The notes under the pieces: generated by a model
Told to the model about the DNA's origin: nothing
What the model saw: only the letters and a program-made list of their open reading frames with translations
Database searches by the model: none
Translations under genes and position numbers: made by a program
In this document: positions 36,469 through 47,761 of the stretch, in pieces
Position numbering within the stretch: position 1 is the stretch's first letter
How the letters are laid out: each line of letters begins with the position of its first letter
Assembly: GCA_050012315.1 (NCBI GenBank)
Contig: JBEKHK010000008.1
Location: 18,968-82,967, forward strand
Source: Steroidobacteraceae bacterium
GTDB lineage: Bacteria > Pseudomonadota > Gammaproteobacteria > Steroidobacterales > Steroidobacteraceae
Length of the DNA stretch: 64,000 nt
Direction: 5' to 3'

Positions 36469-37758
36469 CTAGCGCGAGGGGCCGGCGCCCACCGCGGCAC
36501 ACGACAACTTGCGCCTCTCCAGTTTGCATCGGCGCAGCACCCCGCCATCGGCGGAACGCACGACGATGTTCCAATCGGCGCTCTGTCCGATGCGGTCGAT
36601 CACCACATAGCCGAATCCCGACACTGACATACCCTCTTCGACGACCTTGCCGCCCGTGGATAGACCCGCCAATTGCGGCGGCACTCCCGCGTCCAGCTGT
36701 GCGCCGCCTTCGCCGACCACCAACTGCGGCGCGGCGGCGCCCGCGTAATTCATGATCTGGAAGTTGTGGATATGGCCGGCCAGCATCAACGTCAGCCGGG
36801 CTTCGTCGGTGCCGGCGAGGGCCGACAGCAAAGTTGCGTTGGATCCCTCCCAGGACTTGCCGTCGGCGGCGGCGTCGACTTTCGAGATGCCCCGGAAGGG
36901 ATGATGGGTCACCAGCCAATCGGCCTTGGCCGCCATGGCGGCGGCGATGTCCTGCTTGAGCAAGCCGGCCACGTCCGAATCGAGGTCCTTGGGCAAATCG
37001 GCGGCATTGTTGTCGTCCAACACGGCCAGCTTCACTCCGCCGAGGTCGATCAGCAAAGGGCTTTCGTGCGGGTCGCAGGGCCGGGTAATCGGATCGTGAC
37101 CGATGAGCGTGGTCCAGCCGGTGCCGTTGCGGCGACAGTCTTCGTGATTGCCGCGCGCCATCAACCACACGGTGCTTCGGAGCAGCGGACCTGCCGGTGC
37201 GAAGAAATCCGCGCTCCAGGTGGACCAGTTGTCACCCCACGGCGAACCGGCGCAGCGGCCGTCCCCCTGCCGACAGCGGGATTCTCGATAGACGTAGTCG
37301 CCAAGGTGGATCATGAGATCCGGCTTTTCCTTCGCGGCATGCTCGGCTACCTCGCGGAAGGGCCAACCATTTTGGTCGTTGCAGTTCTGAACGGTATCTC
37401 CCTTCACTCGGCAGCCGGTATCCCCGAACACCACGATGTGGCGCGGGTGGACGACCGGGACCGGCAACGGCATGCCGCCGGCGGTGAGCCGTCGGGCGCC
37501 TTTCGGGATCGCAGCCACGCAGACGCGGACGGGAAACTCGCCGCTCGGCGCAGCACGCTCGGTCATCGGCAGCGATTTGCCGTCGGCGATCAGCGCCGGG
37601 CATGCGGGCGCATCCGTTACCACCCGCGCTCCGATCGCGCCTTGCTCGCCGTATTGGCTCCAGGCGGCGAGCGTTCCCGCGCCGGCATTACCGTGGAGGA
37701 GAAAAAAAAGCGCGGCGAGCAGGCTCCCTGCGAGGGCAAACCGAGGCGTCGTGGTCAT
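36469..37758 (-). CDS. Secreted metallophosphoesterase (calcineurin-like)
   Basis: Signal peptide MTTTPRFALAGSLLAALFFLLHGNAGAG, plus the phosphoesterase motifs VVFGDTG, HLGDYVYRE, RGNHE, HHP and GHIHNF. Confidence 0.8.
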   Translation of the reverse strand: MTTTPRFALAGSLLAALFFLLHGNAGAGTLAAWSQYGEQGAIGARVVTDAPACPALIADGKSLPMTERAAPSGEFPVRVCVAAIPKGARRLTAGGMPLPVPVVHPRHIVVFGDTGCRVKGDTVQNCNDQNGWPFREVAEHAAKEKPDLMIHLGDYVYRESRCRQGDGRCAGSPWGDNWSTWSADFFAPAGPLLRSTVWLMARGNHEDCRRNGTGWTTLIGHDPITRPCDPHESPLLIDLGGVKLAVLDDNNAADLPKDLDSDVAGLLKQDIAAAMAAKADWLVTHHPFRGISKVDAAADGKSWEGSNATLLSALAGTDEARLTLMLAGHIHNFQIMNYAGAAAPQLVVGEGGAQLDAGVPPQLAGLSTGGKVVEEGMSVSGFGYVVIDRIGQSADWNIVVRSADGGVLRRCKLERRKLSCAAVGAGPSR

Positions 37759-37867
37759 TTGGCCGGAACTTCAACATGAAATGGCGAAAGGTCGATTAGA
37801 CCACCTGATCATGACATCGTGACGACATCCGGTTTGCCCGCTGCCGGGCGATTCTGCGAACGTCGAT

Positions 37868-38188
37868 CTATCGCCCCGGCCCCTTATTCGGATGGGAGAG
37901 TGCGAATACGAGTCGCCTCAGTTCCTTCGGATCCAGCTCTCCATTCTTGTCCTTGTCGGCAAAGTCGAATTCAGCTTCCATGAAGCGCATGAATTCCTCC
38001 TTGGAAACCTTGCCATTCTTATTCGTGTCCATCAACTGAAGGAGCTGCGCCGTCAGAGACAATCCGCTCTTGAGTTGGGCGGGAGATGCGGCCGCAGTTG
38101 ACTCATCAGCCCGAGCCACGCGGACGGGCCCACCTACGGATGTAACGCAAAGCGCACCGATGAGACAAGCGATAACTGTTTTGTACAT
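37868..38188 (-). CDS. Small secreted EF-hand calcium-binding protein
   Basis: Start moved to ATG 38188, preceded by GAGGAGA. It has a signal peptide (MYKTVIACLIGALCVTSVG) and two canonical EF loops, DTNKNGKVSKEE and DKDKNGELDPKE. Confidence 0.75.
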   Translation of the reverse strand: MYKTVIACLIGALCVTSVGGPVRVARADESTAAASPAQLKSGLSLTAQLLQLMDTNKNGKVSKEEFMRFMEAEFDFADKDKNGELDPKELRRLVFALSHPNKGPGR

Positions 38189-38226
38189 GGTCGTCTCCTC
38201 TTTGCAATTCAGGTCCAATTCGCGAG

Positions 38227-41200
38227 CTACGCGACCCGTAATCTCTCCGCCGCGTCCCGCGCCGCCTGCGGCGACTCCGGGTCGTAACCCAAGCTCGGCG
38301 CGAGCCAGCGCTCCGCCTCGGCGAGGGTCATCCCCTTGCGCTCCGCGTAGCTTTCGACTTGATCGCGATCGATCTGGCCCACCCCGAAGTAATGCGCGCC
38401 GGGATGGGAGAAATACCAGCCGCTCACCGCCGCGGTCGGCAACATCGCGAACGACTCGGTCAGTCGCATACCCGCCGCGCGCTCGGCATCGAGCAATCCC
38501 CAAAGCGCGCGCTTCTCGGTGTGATCGGGACAGGCCGGATAGCCGGGCGCCGGCCGGATGCCGCGATACTCTTCGCGAATGAGCGCCCCCTCATCGAGCG
38601 TCTCATCGGCCGCATAGCCCCAGAATTCGCGGCGTACGCGCTCGTGCATGCGCTCGGCGAAAGCTTCGGCCAGGCGGTCCGCCAGCGCCTTGAGCATGAT
38701 GCTGCTGTAGTCGTCGTGCGCCGCTTCGAACCGCGCGATATGCGCATCGATTCCGAAGCCGGCGGTGACGGCAAAGGCGCCCAGATGATCCGGCCGGCCG
38801 CTCTCGAGCGGCGCGATGAAATCCGCCAGGCAAAGCTGCGCCTGCCCTTGAGGCTTAGATTTTTGCTGGCGCAGCTGATGCAGCCGCACCGTCCGCAGCC
38901 CGCGCGAACCGCCCTGTCCCACCTCGATGTCATCATCGCCGATGCTATTGGCCGGAAAGATACCGATGACCCCGCGCGCCTCGAGCCAGCGCTCGGCGAC
39001 CAGCAGTTCGAGCATGCGCCTCGCATCCGCGTAGAGAGCGCTCGCTGCTTCGCCGACGGTGGGGTCCTTCAGGATGTCCGGAAATTTTCCCGCGAATTCC
39101 CAGGCATTGAAGAACGGCATCCAATCGATGTAAGGCACCAGTTCCTCGAGCGGGTAATTCACGAACGACTGCACGCCGACGAACTTGGGCGTCGGCGGCG
39201 CGTACACCGACCAATCGGTCTTGAACTTCCTCATCCGCGCCTGAACGAGCGACAACTGCGGTGCCTTGGCGCTCTTGTTGCGATGCTGCTCACGCCGGCG
39301 CTCATGCTCGGCCTTCGCGTGGGCGACGAAGGCGTCGCGAGTGGCGGATGTGACCAGCTGCTGGCAGATCCCGACCGATCGGGACGCATCTTTCACATAG
39401 ATGACGGGACCGGCGTATTGCGGGTCGATCTTCACCGCGGTGTGCGCGGGCGAGGTGGTCGCCCCGCCGATGAGCAGCGGCTGGCGGTACCCCAGGCGCT
39501 GCATCTCCTTCGCCACATGCACCATCTCATCGAGCGACGGCGTGATGAGGCCGGATAGGCCGATGAGATTCGCGCCCTCCCTCTGCGCCGTCTCGAGGAT
39601 CCGCTCGCAGGACACCATCACGCCGAGATCGATGACCTCGAAATTGTTGCATTGGAGCACGACCCCGACGATATTCTTGCCGATGTCGTGCACGTCGCCC
39701 TTCACCGTCGCCATGACCACCTTGCCGTTGGACCGCGAGGCGCCGATCTTCTCTTTCTGGATGTAGGGAATGAGCACCGAGACGGCCTTCTTCATGACCC
39801 TGGCCGACTTCACCACCTGCGGCAGGAACATCTTTCCGGATCCGAATAAATCGCCCACCACGTTCATCCCGTCCATGAGCGGCCCCTCGATCACATCGAG
39901 CGGCCGCACCGCCGACAGGCGCGCCTCTTCGGTGTCCTCGAGGACGAATTCGTCCAGCCCCTTCACGAGCGCGTGCTTCAGGCGCTCGGCCACGGGGAGC
40001 TTGCGCCACTCGAGGTCATCGCCGCGCTTCACCCCTCCCCCGCCGCCCTTGAATTGCTCGGCAATCTCGAGCAATCGCTCGGTGGCGTCCGGCCTGCGGG
40101 CGAGGATGACATCCTCGACCCGCTCGCGCAGATCCGGCGCTATCGCCTCGTAGATGGCGAGCTGCCCGGCGTTCACGATGCCCATGGTGAGCCCGGCGCG
40201 AATGGCGTGATAGAGGAATACCGAGTGCATCGCTTCGCGCACCGGGTCGTTGCCCCGGAAAGAGAAGGATACGTTGCTCACGCCGCCGCTCAGGTGCGAG
40301 AGCGGCATGCGCCGCTTGATGGCGGCGGTTGCCTCGATGAAATCCAGGCTGTAGCGATTGTGTTCCTCGATGCCGGTCGCCACGGCAAAGATATTGGGAT
40401 CGAAGATGATGTCTTCCGGCGCGAATCCGATCCGCTCGGTGAGAAGCTTGAACGCGCGCTCGCAAATGGACACCTTGCGCTCCACGGTATCCGCCTGGCC
40501 TTTTTCGTCGAAAGCCATGACCACCACCGCGGCCCCATAGCGCATGACCTTGTGCGCATGCGCCAGGAATACTTCCTCGCCCTCCTTGAGGCTGATCGAA
40601 TTGACGATCGCCTTGCCCTGAACGCATTTCAATCCCGCCTCGATCACCGACCATTTGGACGAGTCGAGCATGATCGGGACGCGCGCCACATCCGGCTCGC
40701 CCGCGATCAGCCGCAGCAGCCGGACCATGGCCGCTTGCGAATCGAGCATGCCCTCGTCCATGTTGATGTCGATGATCTGCGCGCCGTTCGCGACCTGCTG
40801 GCGCGCGATGTCGACGGCGGCCGCATAGTCGCCGGCCTCGATCAGCTTGCGGAACTTGGCGGAGCCGGTGACGTTCGTGCGTTCGCCCACGTTCACGAAC
40901 AAGCTGCTCCCATCGATCGTCAGCGGCTCCAAGCCGCTCAACCGGCAGGCCGGTGCGAGGCGCGGGATGCGGCGCGGCTCGAGGCCGGCCACCGCTTCGG
41001 CGACCTCCCGGATATGCGCGGGCGTGGTGCCGCAGCATCCGCCCACCATGTTGACGAAGCCGCTCGCGGCGAAATCGCGCAATACCTCCGCGGTCTCGCA
41101 CGAGGTTTCGTCGTATTCGCCGAACGCGTTCGGCAGCCCCGCGTTCGGGTAGGCGCACACGAAGGTATCCGCGATCCGCGAGAGCTCCTCGATGTAGGGC

Positions 41201-41976
41201 CGCAGCTGCTTGCCGCCGAGCGCGCAATTCAGTCCGACCACCGCGGGCTTCGCGTGCCGGATCGAATTCCAAAAGGCTTCCGTGGTCTGTCCCGACAGTG
41301 TCCGCCCCGAGGCGTCGGTGATGGTTCCCGAGACGATGATGGGCAAATCCACCCCTAGCTCATCGAGCGTCTCGCGCACGGCGTAGAGCGCGGCCTTGGC
41401 GTTCAGGGTATCGAAGATGGTCTCGATCAGGATGATATCGGCGCCGCCCTCGACCAGACCGCGCACCGCGGCCGCATACGCGCCCGCCAATTCGTCGAAG
41501 TCGACGTTGCGATACGCGGGATCGTTCACGTCGGGAGAGAGCGACGCCGTGCGGCTGGTGGGACCGAGCGCGCCGGCGACGAAGCGCCGGCGCCCGGTTA
41601 GGCGCGTCACTTCGTCCGCCGTCTCGCGCGCGAGGCGCGCGGCGGCGAGATTCAGCTCGGGCGCGAGCTGCTGCAAGCGGTAGTCGGCCTGCGATATCGC
41701 CGTGGAGTTGAAGGTGTTGGTCGTGACCACATCGGCGCCGGCTTCCAGATACTCGCGGTGAATCTGCGCTATGACTTGCGGCCGGGTCAGCGCCAATAAA
41801 TCGTTGTTGCCGGAGAGATCCACCGGCCAGTCGGCGAAACGAGCACCGCGAAAGTCCGCTTCGGCCAACCGCTGCCGTTGGATCATGGTGCCCATGGCGC
41901 CGTCCAGGACCACGATGCGCTGCTCGAGCAATCGGAGGAACGACCGGGCGCGCGCTGGATAGTCGGACGCGGTCAT
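38227..41976 (-). CDS. metH: Cobalamin-dependent methionine synthase
   Basis: 1249 aa from ATG 41976 ([33 protein letters not shown]). It has the Hcy-binding, pterin-binding, B12-binding ([11 protein letters not shown]) and AdoMet-activation domains in the canonical order. Confidence 0.95.
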   Translation of the reverse strand: MTASDYPARARSFLRLLEQRIVVLDGAMGTMIQRQRLAEADFRGARFADWPVDLSGNNDLLALTRPQVIAQIHREYLEAGADVVTTNTFNSTAISQADYRLQQLAPELNLAAARLARETADEVTRLTGRRRFVAGALGPTSRTASLSPDVNDPAYRNVDFDELAGAYAAAVRGLVEGGADIILIETIFDTLNAKAALYAVRETLDELGVDLPIIVSGTITDASGRTLSGQTTEAFWNSIRHAKPAVVGLNCALGGKQLRPYIEELSRIADTFVCAYPNAGLPNAFGEYDETSCETAEVLRDFAASGFVNMVGGCCGTTPAHIREVAEAVAGLEPRRIPRLAPACRLSGLEPLTIDGSSLFVNVGERTNVTGSAKFRKLIEAGDYAAAVDIARQQVANGAQIIDINMDEGMLDSQAAMVRLLRLIAGEPDVARVPIMLDSSKWSVIEAGLKCVQGKAIVNSISLKEGEEVFLAHAHKVMRYGAAVVVMAFDEKGQADTVERKVSICERAFKLLTERIGFAPEDIIFDPNIFAVATGIEEHNRYSLDFIEATAAIKRRMPLSHLSGGVSNVSFSFRGNDPVREAMHSVFLYHAIRAGLTMGIVNAGQLAIYEAIAPDLRERVEDVILARRPDATERLLEIAEQFKGGGGGVKRGDDLEWRKLPVAERLKHALVKGLDEFVLEDTEEARLSAVRPLDVIEGPLMDGMNVVGDLFGSGKMFLPQVVKSARVMKKAVSVLIPYIQKEKIGASRSNGKVVMATVKGDVHDIGKNIVGVVLQCNNFEVIDLGVMVSCERILETAQREGANLIGLSGLITPSLDEMVHVAKEMQRLGYRQPLLIGGATTSPAHTAVKIDPQYAGPVIYVKDASRSVGICQQLVTSATRDAFVAHAKAEHERRREQHRNKSAKAPQLSLVQARMRKFKTDWSVYAPPTPKFVGVQSFVNYPLEELVPYIDWMPFFNAWEFAGKFPDILKDPTVGEAASALYADARRMLELLVAERWLEARGVIGIFPANSIGDDDIEVGQGGSRGLRTVRLHQLRQQKSKPQGQAQLCLADFIAPLESGRPDHLGAFAVTAGFGIDAHIARFEAAHDDYSSIMLKALADRLAEAFAERMHERVRREFWGYAADETLDEGALIREEYRGIRPAPGYPACPDHTEKRALWGLLDAERAAGMRLTESFAMLPTAAVSGWYFSHPGAHYFGVGQIDRDQVESYAERKGMTLAEAERWLAPSLGYDPESPQAARDAAERLRVA

Positions 41977-42001
41977 TCGGGTTGCCGGCTTGACCTTGTC
42001 A

Positions 42002-42886
42002 TCACGCCACCGCCGCCGCTTCGGCCTGCGGCACCGGCTGCGGGCGGATGCCGAGCGCGTGACAGATCGCGTAAGTGAGCTCGGCACGGTTCAAGGTGTA
42101 AAAGTGGAATTCCTCCACGCCGTGTTGACGCAAGCGCTGGACTTGGTCGATCGCGACGTGAGCGGCGATCATGCGCCGGGTCTCCGCATCGTCGTCCAGC
42201 CCGTCGAAGCGTCGGATCAGCCACTCGGGCACGGACGTGCCGCATCGCTCCGCAAAACGCAACATCTGCGGAAAGCGAGTGATGGGGAGAATGCCCGGCA
42301 CGATGGGGGCCCGGATTCCCGCCGCCGCGCAGCGATCCCGGTATCGCAGGAATACATCGGTATCGAAGAAAAACTGCGTGATCGCGCGATTGGCTCCCGC
42401 GTCGATCTTTCGCCGGAGGTTCTCGAGATCCGCATCCACCGTTCCGGATTCCGGATGCCCCTCGGGGTACGCGGCGACCGAGATCTCGAAGGGAGCGGCA
42501 CTCCTCAAGCCGCGCACCAGGTCGGCGCCGAAGGCGAAGCCGCCGGGATGCGGGCTGTAGCGCGCGCCGGCGGCGGGATCTCCTCGCAGCGCCACCATGT
42601 GCCGCACGCCGTGACGCCAGTAATCCTCGGCAATCCCGATCACCTGCTCGCGCGGCGCTCCGACGCAAGTCAGATGCGGAGCCACGACGAGAGGGGTGTC
42701 GCGCAGAATTCGCAGCACGCACTCGTGCGTTCTCGACCGGGTAGACCCATCGGCGCCGTAGGTCACGGAGACGAAGCGCGGCCTCAGGGGCGCGAGCCGC
42801 TGCACGGCACCCCAGAGATGTCCGGCCGCCGCATCGTCGCCGGGCGGGAAAAATTCGAAAGACACGGATACTGCTGGGCTCGCCAT
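42002..42886 (-). CDS. metF: 5,10-methylenetetrahydrofolate reductase
   Basis: 294 aa. [22 protein letters not shown] and the typical length. It lies 25 nt upstream of metH on the same strand. Confidence 0.95.
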   Translation of the reverse strand: MASPAVSVSFEFFPPGDDAAAGHLWGAVQRLAPLRPRFVSVTYGADGSTRSRTHECVLRILRDTPLVVAPHLTCVGAPREQVIGIAEDYWRHGVRHMVALRGDPAAGARYSPHPGGFAFGADLVRGLRSAAPFEISVAAYPEGHPESGTVDADLENLRRKIDAGANRAITQFFFDTDVFLRYRDRCAAAGIRAPIVPGILPITRFPQMLRFAERCGTSVPEWLIRRFDGLDDDAETRRMIAAHVAIDQVQRLRQHGVEEFHFYTLNRAELTYAICHALGIRPQPVPQAEAAAVA

Positions 42887-42940
42887 GGCCGCTCACCTCG
42901 AGGGCTACTGCTCGACGATAAGCATGGGAGCGCCTAAGCT

Positions 42941-42955
42941 ATGATTCAAACTCAT
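42941..42955. promoter_or_regulatory. Imperfect MetR-box-like dyad ATGAttcaaacTCAT
   Basis: Read directly in the metF/metR divergent region. TGAT-N5-CTCA matches 6 of 8 half-site positions of the enterobacterial MetR consensus TGAA-N5-TTCA. Confidence 0.3.
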
Positions 42956-42971
42956 TATCTTCATAGGGGCG

Positions 42972-42986
42972 ATGAAACTGATTCAT
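42972..42986. promoter_or_regulatory. MetR box: perfect dyad ATGAA-ACTGA-TTCAT containing TGAA-N5-TTCA
   Basis: Read directly. It matches the published E. coli/Salmonella MetR recognition consensus TGAANNNNNTTCA and overlaps the predicted metR start codon (ATG 42985), which fits autoregulation. Confidence 0.5.
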
Positions 42987-43911
42987 GGCTACCACGGCGC
43001 TCGAATTCAGGCACATGGAAACACTCCTCGCCCTGGCCGAATGCGGGAGCCTGTCCAAGGCGGCCGAGCGGCTCTGTTTGACACAATCCGCGCTTTCCCA
43101 TCAATTGAAGGCTCTGGAGAGCCATTACGGCGCGGCAGTGGTCGAGAAGAGCATTCGTCCGCTGCGATTCACGGCCATCGGCGAGCGCCTATTGACCCTG
43201 GCTCGCGCGGTTCTTCCGCTGGTTGCCGAGGCCGGCCGCGACATCGCTCGACTGGCCGAGGGCCACGCGGGGCCGCTGCGAATCGCGGTGCAGTGCCACA
43301 ACTGCTTTGACTGGCTGATGCCGGCGATGGACTCTTATCGATCGCTTTGGCCCGAGGTCGAGCTCGACATCATCTCGGGATTCGTGGTCGATCCCTTGCC
43401 GCTGCTCGAGCGCGGCGAGGCCGAGCTCGCCGTCATTCACGACAAACAGCCGCCGCACGCCCATGTGGTGTTCAGCCCGTTGTTCCGCTACGAAAGCGTC
43501 GCCCTCATGAGTCCTCGCCATCGGCTTGCCGCCAAGAGCTGGCTCGACGCCGCCGACTTCGCCGATGAAACGCTCATCACCTATCCCGTACCCGACGAAA
43601 TGCTCGACCTCATGAAGCATTGCCTGACACCGGCCGGCATCCACCCCAAGCGCCGAACCGCCGAGTTGACGGTAGCGATTTTGCAGCTGGTTGCGAGCGG
43701 ACGCGGTATCGCCGCGCTGCCGTCATGGACCGTCGGCAACTACATCGAGCGCGGCTACGTCGTGTCGCGGCCCATCGGGCAAGCCGGATTGCGCTGCGAG
43801 CTCTATGCCGCCACCACGCGCAGCGGCGCCGAGGCCGCCTACATTCGGGAGTTCATCGAGTTGACGCGCACGCAAAGCCTGACGGAGCTCGCGGGAGTGT
43901 CGGCGCTCTGA
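42985..43911 (+). CDS. metR: LysR-family transcriptional activator, MetR-like
   Basis: 308 aa. The N-terminal [43 protein letters not shown] aligns residue-by-residue with my memory of E. coli MetR ([36 protein letters not shown]), as does [18 protein letters not shown] versus LRIAIECHSCIQWLTPAL. It is divergent from metF-metH. Confidence 0.8.
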   Translation: MATTALEFRHMETLLALAECGSLSKAAERLCLTQSALSHQLKALESHYGAAVVEKSIRPLRFTAIGERLLTLARAVLPLVAEAGRDIARLAEGHAGPLRIAVQCHNCFDWLMPAMDSYRSLWPEVELDIISGFVVDPLPLLERGEAELAVIHDKQPPHAHVVFSPLFRYESVALMSPRHRLAAKSWLDAADFADETLITYPVPDEMLDLMKHCLTPAGIHPKRRTAELTVAILQLVASGRGIAALPSWTVGNYIERGYVVSRPIGQAGLRCELYAATTRSGAEAAYIREFIELTRTQSLTELAGVSAL

Positions 43912-43975
43912 GAGGGTTCTGGTCGCCCGCCCGTCTGCATTAGCCCGCGCCCCCAATATGTATCAAAATGGGCGC

Positions 43976-44779
43976 ATGACCAGCCGCAAGCCCGTAACCC
44001 TGCATCGTCTTCGCGAAATGCACGCCAAAGGTGAGAAAATCACCATGTTGACCTGTTACGACGCGGCGTTCGCCCGCGTGCTGGACGATGCCGCCGTCGA
44101 TTCACTGCTGGTCGGAGACTCGCTCGGCATGGTCCTGCAGGGCCGCCCGAGCACTTTGCCGGTGTCGATCGATGACATGGTGTACCACACGGCGTGTGTG
44201 GCTCGGGGCAATCGCAGCGCCTGGACGATTGCGGACATGCCCTTCGGAAGCTATCAGCGGTCGACGGAGCTCGCCGTTCATCACGCCGTTCGGCTGATGC
44301 AGGCGGGCGCCCATATGGTGAAGCTGGAGGGTGGCGGCTGGACCGCACCCATCGTGCGCTGTCTGGTCGATCGAGGAATCCCGGTGTGCGCCCACCTTGG
44401 ATTTACGCCCCAATCGGTGAACGCCTTGGGCTACCGCGTTCAGGGACGCGATGAGGAGGCCGCCGGCGTCCTGCGGCGCCACGCCGAAGAGCTCGCCGCC
44501 GCCGGAGCGGCGCTCCTGGTGCTCGAAATGGTCCCCGCCGCCGTCGCTCGAGATCTCACCCGGTACCTGTCGATACCGACGATCGGCATCGGCGCCGGCG
44601 CCGGCTGCAGCGGTCAGGTACTCGTGCTCCACGACATGCTGGGCCTCACGCCCGGCGAGCCGTTCCGGTTCGTCCGCAATTTCATGGACGGCGCTGCCGG
44701 CATCGAAATGGCGGTGCGCCAATACGTCGCGGATGTGAAGGCGGGCCGTTTTCCGGACGACAGCCTTCACGGCTTCTGA
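43976..44779 (+). CDS. panB: 3-methyl-2-oxobutanoate hydroxymethyltransferase
   Basis: [32 protein letters not shown] and HLGFTPQS motifs. The ORF opens at 43958 and the start could be 43958 or 43976. Confidence 0.9.
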   Translation: MTSRKPVTLHRLREMHAKGEKITMLTCYDAAFARVLDDAAVDSLLVGDSLGMVLQGRPSTLPVSIDDMVYHTACVARGNRSAWTIADMPFGSYQRSTELAVHHAVRLMQAGAHMVKLEGGGWTAPIVRCLVDRGIPVCAHLGFTPQSVNALGYRVQGRDEEAAGVLRRHAEELAAAGAALLVLEMVPAAVARDLTRYLSIPTIGIGAGAGCSGQVLVLHDMLGLTPGEPFRFVRNFMDGAAGIEMAVRQYVADVKAGRFPDDSLHGF

Positions 44780-44791
44780 CAGCAACCGCCC

Positions 44792-45622
44792 GTGCAACTA
44801 GTCCGAACGATTGCCGAGATGCGCCGCGCGGTGGCCTCCCGGCGCGACATTACGCTGGTTCCCACCATGGGGAATCTGCACGATGGCCATTTTTCGCTCG
44901 TGCGGATCGCCGGCGAGCGCGGCGGGATGGTCGTCGCCAGCGTGTTCGTCAACCGTTTGCAGTTCGCGCCGCACGAGGATTTTGCGAAGTATCCGCGTAC
45001 CTTGGAGCAGGATTGCGAGCTGCTCGCCGCCGGCGGCTGCGACATCGTATTCGCGCCTGCGGAACAGGAGCTGTACCCCGAGCCCCAAGAGTACAAGGTG
45101 CATCCGCCAAGCCGCCTGGCCGACATCTTGGAGGGCCAGGTCCGGCCTGGATTCTTTGTCGGCGTCTGCACGGTCGTGCTCAAGCTCTTCAACATCGTGC
45201 AGCCTGCCGCGGCGGTCTTCGGCAAGAAGGACTATCAGCAACTGCTCGTGATTCGGGACATGGTGCGGCAATTGGCATTGCCCATTGACATCCTGCCGGC
45301 CGAGACGGTCCGCGACTCCTCGGGGCTCGCGCTGTCCTCCCGCAATAGCTATCTGAATGAGAGGCAGCGCATCGAGGCCGCCCAACTCAGCGCGACGCTT
45401 GGCCGCGTCGCCGAGGCGGTGAAATCCGCTCGCACCGACTGGGCGGTTCTCGAACGGGAGGCGGCGGGCGAGTTAGCGGCGCGCGGCTGGCGTCCCGACT
45501 ATGTGGCAATCAGGAACCAGCGCGATCTCGGCGCTCCGGCAGCCGGCGAGCGCCTGGTCGTCTTGGGCGCCGCCATGCTGGCCGGCACCCGGCTCATCGA
45601 TAATCTGGAGGTCGAACCGTGA
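44792..45622 (+). CDS. panC: Pantoate--beta-alanine ligase
   Basis: 276 aa. VPTMGNLHDGHFSLV (HIGH-like), VASVFVNRLQF, FGKKDYQQ and ALSSRN motifs. Confidence 0.95.
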   Translation: MQLVRTIAEMRRAVASRRDITLVPTMGNLHDGHFSLVRIAGERGGMVVASVFVNRLQFAPHEDFAKYPRTLEQDCELLAAGGCDIVFAPAEQELYPEPQEYKVHPPSRLADILEGQVRPGFFVGVCTVVLKLFNIVQPAAAVFGKKDYQQLLVIRDMVRQLALPIDILPAETVRDSSGLALSSRNSYLNERQRIEAAQLSATLGRVAEAVKSARTDWAVLEREAAGELAARGWRPDYVAIRNQRDLGAPAAGERLVVLGAAMLAGTRLIDNLEVEP

Positions 45623-46515
45623 GACTCTGCCCCGGCGTTCTTGCCTTGTTGATCTTCGGCCTCGCTGCGCGCGGATCCGTCGCGAAGGATGCCTCTCTGC
45701 TGTCGCTCGGAATGGAGCACTTCAAGGATACGGCGTCGGTCGTTGACGATCCGGCCAAAGGGCTGACCACGATTTCGACCGAGCGCGGTTTCGTCGAGAC
45801 GTCCGGACCGATGCGCACGGTGTGGCACGACGAGTTCTTGAGCGCTCTCATCGACGACAAGACCGGCCGGAAATCATTCCAGCTCGATGTATCGGTCACC
45901 TATAGCGGCGCCCGGAAAGGCTACCCGAGCGCGGACCTCGTCGGGATGGGCGGTCCGAAGGCCGCCGAGGCGGCGCTCGTGAAGACGGAGACTGCGAATT
46001 GCGCGACCGGCGAGTGCATGTACACCGATCACGTCGTGATTCCGGTCGAGGAAGGGCTGCTGCGGCATCTCGCGGCCGGCTATGTGCCGGGCAAGCCCGC
46101 GCTGCTGACTTACAAGCTGGTTGCGAAGCGAGGAGTCGGTTACCAGGGCGAGCTGTCGAACGCGGAGATCGCGGGCCTGCTTGCCAAGGTGGATGGTTAC
46201 GCCGCCGAGCCCGCCCCCGCGGCGGCGGCGCCGCCGACTCCCCGCCGGCTGGATTTCGGCATCAGCGGCATCGTGGTGTCGGCTTCGGCCGATATGCCGA
46301 ACAGAGCGGGCGTCCTGGTGGCCGCCGTGAACGGCGCATCCGTTGCGGGGCAAGCCGGCATCATCACCGGCGACATCATCTACCAGATCGACGACCGCCC
46401 TACCCGCTCGCTTGCCGACCTCGAAGCTGCGGTGGCCGCGAGCGCGGCCCATGCGACCGCGACCCTCAGAATATTCAGAGGCGTCAAGGAGCTCGCTCTG
46501 AAGGCCCGCTTTTGA
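45619..46515 (+). CDS. Secreted protein with C-terminal PDZ domain
   Basis: GTG start overlapping the panC stop (GTGA). It has a signal peptide (MRLCPGVLALLIFGLAARG). The C-terminal LDFGISGIVVS...GVLVAAVNGASVAGQAGIITGDIIYQIDDRPTRSLADLEAAV is PDZ-like. Confidence 0.7.
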   Translation: MRLCPGVLALLIFGLAARGSVAKDASLLSLGMEHFKDTASVVDDPAKGLTTISTERGFVETSGPMRTVWHDEFLSALIDDKTGRKSFQLDVSVTYSGARKGYPSADLVGMGGPKAAEAALVKTETANCATGECMYTDHVVIPVEEGLLRHLAAGYVPGKPALLTYKLVAKRGVGYQGELSNAEIAGLLAKVDGYAAEPAPAAAAPPTPRRLDFGISGIVVSASADMPNRAGVLVAAVNGASVAGQAGIITGDIIYQIDDRPTRSLADLEAAVAASAAHATATLRIFRGVKELALKARF

Positions 46516-47761
46516 CGAATCCGTCGGTCAGAGTATTCAAGAACGCGACGATATCCGCGATGTCTGCCTCGCTCATCGCCGGCCGGCCGCCCGTATGCCG
46601 GTCGAGCGGCGGGTCCGTGTCCACGTTGCGCCGATACTTCGCGGGCAGGTCGTCGAATTTCGACACGCTCCCATCGGGCGCGCGCGGATACCACTTTTGC
46701 GGATTCGTGTCCCGCTGCGCATAGAATCGCACCGCATCCTCCAGCCGATGGAACACGCCGTTGTGAAAGAACACTCGGCGAACCGCCACGTTGCGCAGCG
46801 ACGGCGTGCGGAATTGGCCGCAGTACTCCGGCTTATCCGTAAGATCGGTGCGCAGCGGCCCGCATAGCCCCAGATCGAAGTAGCGAGGGTCCGAATTGGC
46901 CGCAATCACGGCGTTGCGCGGGACGCCCAGCGCCGCATAGCCAAAATCCGTGAACTGCGGGAAAGCGCCCCCGGCGACCGCACTTGGGTGGCAGCGAGCG
47001 CAGTTTCCCCGCGCGGGATCGTTGAAGGCCGCCAATCCCTCTAGCTCCTGCTTGGTCAGGGATGTCGTTCCTCGCAAATAGGCATCGTATTTGCTCGTGT
47101 ACGGGTAGAACTCGGACGGCGTCTGCTCGTAGGTCTCGAGTGCGAGCAGCACCCCTTTGAAGACCAGCGCCGAATCGGCGAATACGTGCTCGCCGAATGT
47201 GTCGCGAAACTCCGCCGCATACGTTGCGCGCCGGACTTTGGCCACGACCTCTTGCGGACTCGCGTTCGCCATCTCGAAAGGCGAAAGCAGCGGTATCTGA
47301 GCCTGCTCGTGCGCGGATTGGGCGCGTCCGTCCCAGGTTCGGCCGCCCGCGGGCCCTTGATCGATGCCGTCATCCCCTTCCGAATCGAAAAAATGCTCCG
47401 TGAACGACGGAATGCTCTGGGTGTAGGAGAGCGAGGGGACTGCGCGCACGCCCGGGCGCGAATCATTCGCTCCGCCGTGTTGCACCGGCAGATCGTTGGG
47501 CGGCCCGAACGCGTGCAAGGGGCTGTGGCACGTGGCGCACGCGAGCTTTCCCGATGCCGACAGCGCCGTATCGAAAAACAAGGCGCGCCCCACGGCCGCC
47601 ATCGCAGCCGGCGTCGGCCGCTTCTCGAACGAGGCAGCGTAAAAGGGGGTCTCTGCCCCGGCCATGCCGGCGGTCAATCCCAGAACCACGGCAACGCCGA
47701 GGACCGCGGCCGGCGATCTTTTAATGGATGCTGCCACCGCTGTCGGCCGGCACGCCGGCAT
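46484..47761 (-). CDS. Di-heme cytochrome c peroxidase (CCP/MauG family), periplasmic
   Basis: Two CxxCH heme motifs (CATCHSP and CARCHPS) plus conserved blocks FRTPSLRNV and FFHNG. Start chosen at ATG 47761 (MPACRPTAVAASIKRSPAAVLGVAVVLGLTAGMAGA, signal peptide), which overlaps the hslO 3' end by 41 nt. The start is uncertain. Confidence 0.85.
   Translation of the reverse strand: MPACRPTAVAASIKRSPAAVLGVAVVLGLTAGMAGAETPFYAASFEKRPTPAAMAAVGRALFFDTALSASGKLACATCHSPLHAFGPPNDLPVQHGGANDSRPGVRAVPSLSYTQSIPSFTEHFFDSEGDDGIDQGPAGGRTWDGRAQSAHEQAQIPLLSPFEMANASPQEVVAKVRRATYAAEFRDTFGEHVFADSALVFKGVLLALETYEQTPSEFYPYTSKYDAYLRGTTSLTKQELEGLAAFNDPARGNCARCHPSAVAGGAFPQFTDFGYAALGVPRNAVIAANSDPRYFDLGLCGPLRTDLTDKPEYCGQFRTPSLRNVAVRRVFFHNGVFHRLEDAVRFYAQRDTNPQKWYPRAPDGSVSKFDDLPAKYRRNVDTDPPLDRHTGGRPAMSEADIADIVAFLNTLTDGFVKSGPSERAP

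Noticed and set aside
38359-41358. Plus-strand ORFs 38359..39558 and 39973..41358 antisense to metH
   Set aside because: metH on the minus strand is full-length with all four domains. The antisense frames are artefacts.
41977-42001. Possible cobalamin or SAM riboswitch upstream of metH, and likewise upstream of metF at 42887-42984
   Set aside because: The gaps of 25 nt and 98 nt are too short to hold a riboswitch aptamer plus expression platform. The MetR-type dyads explain the larger gap.
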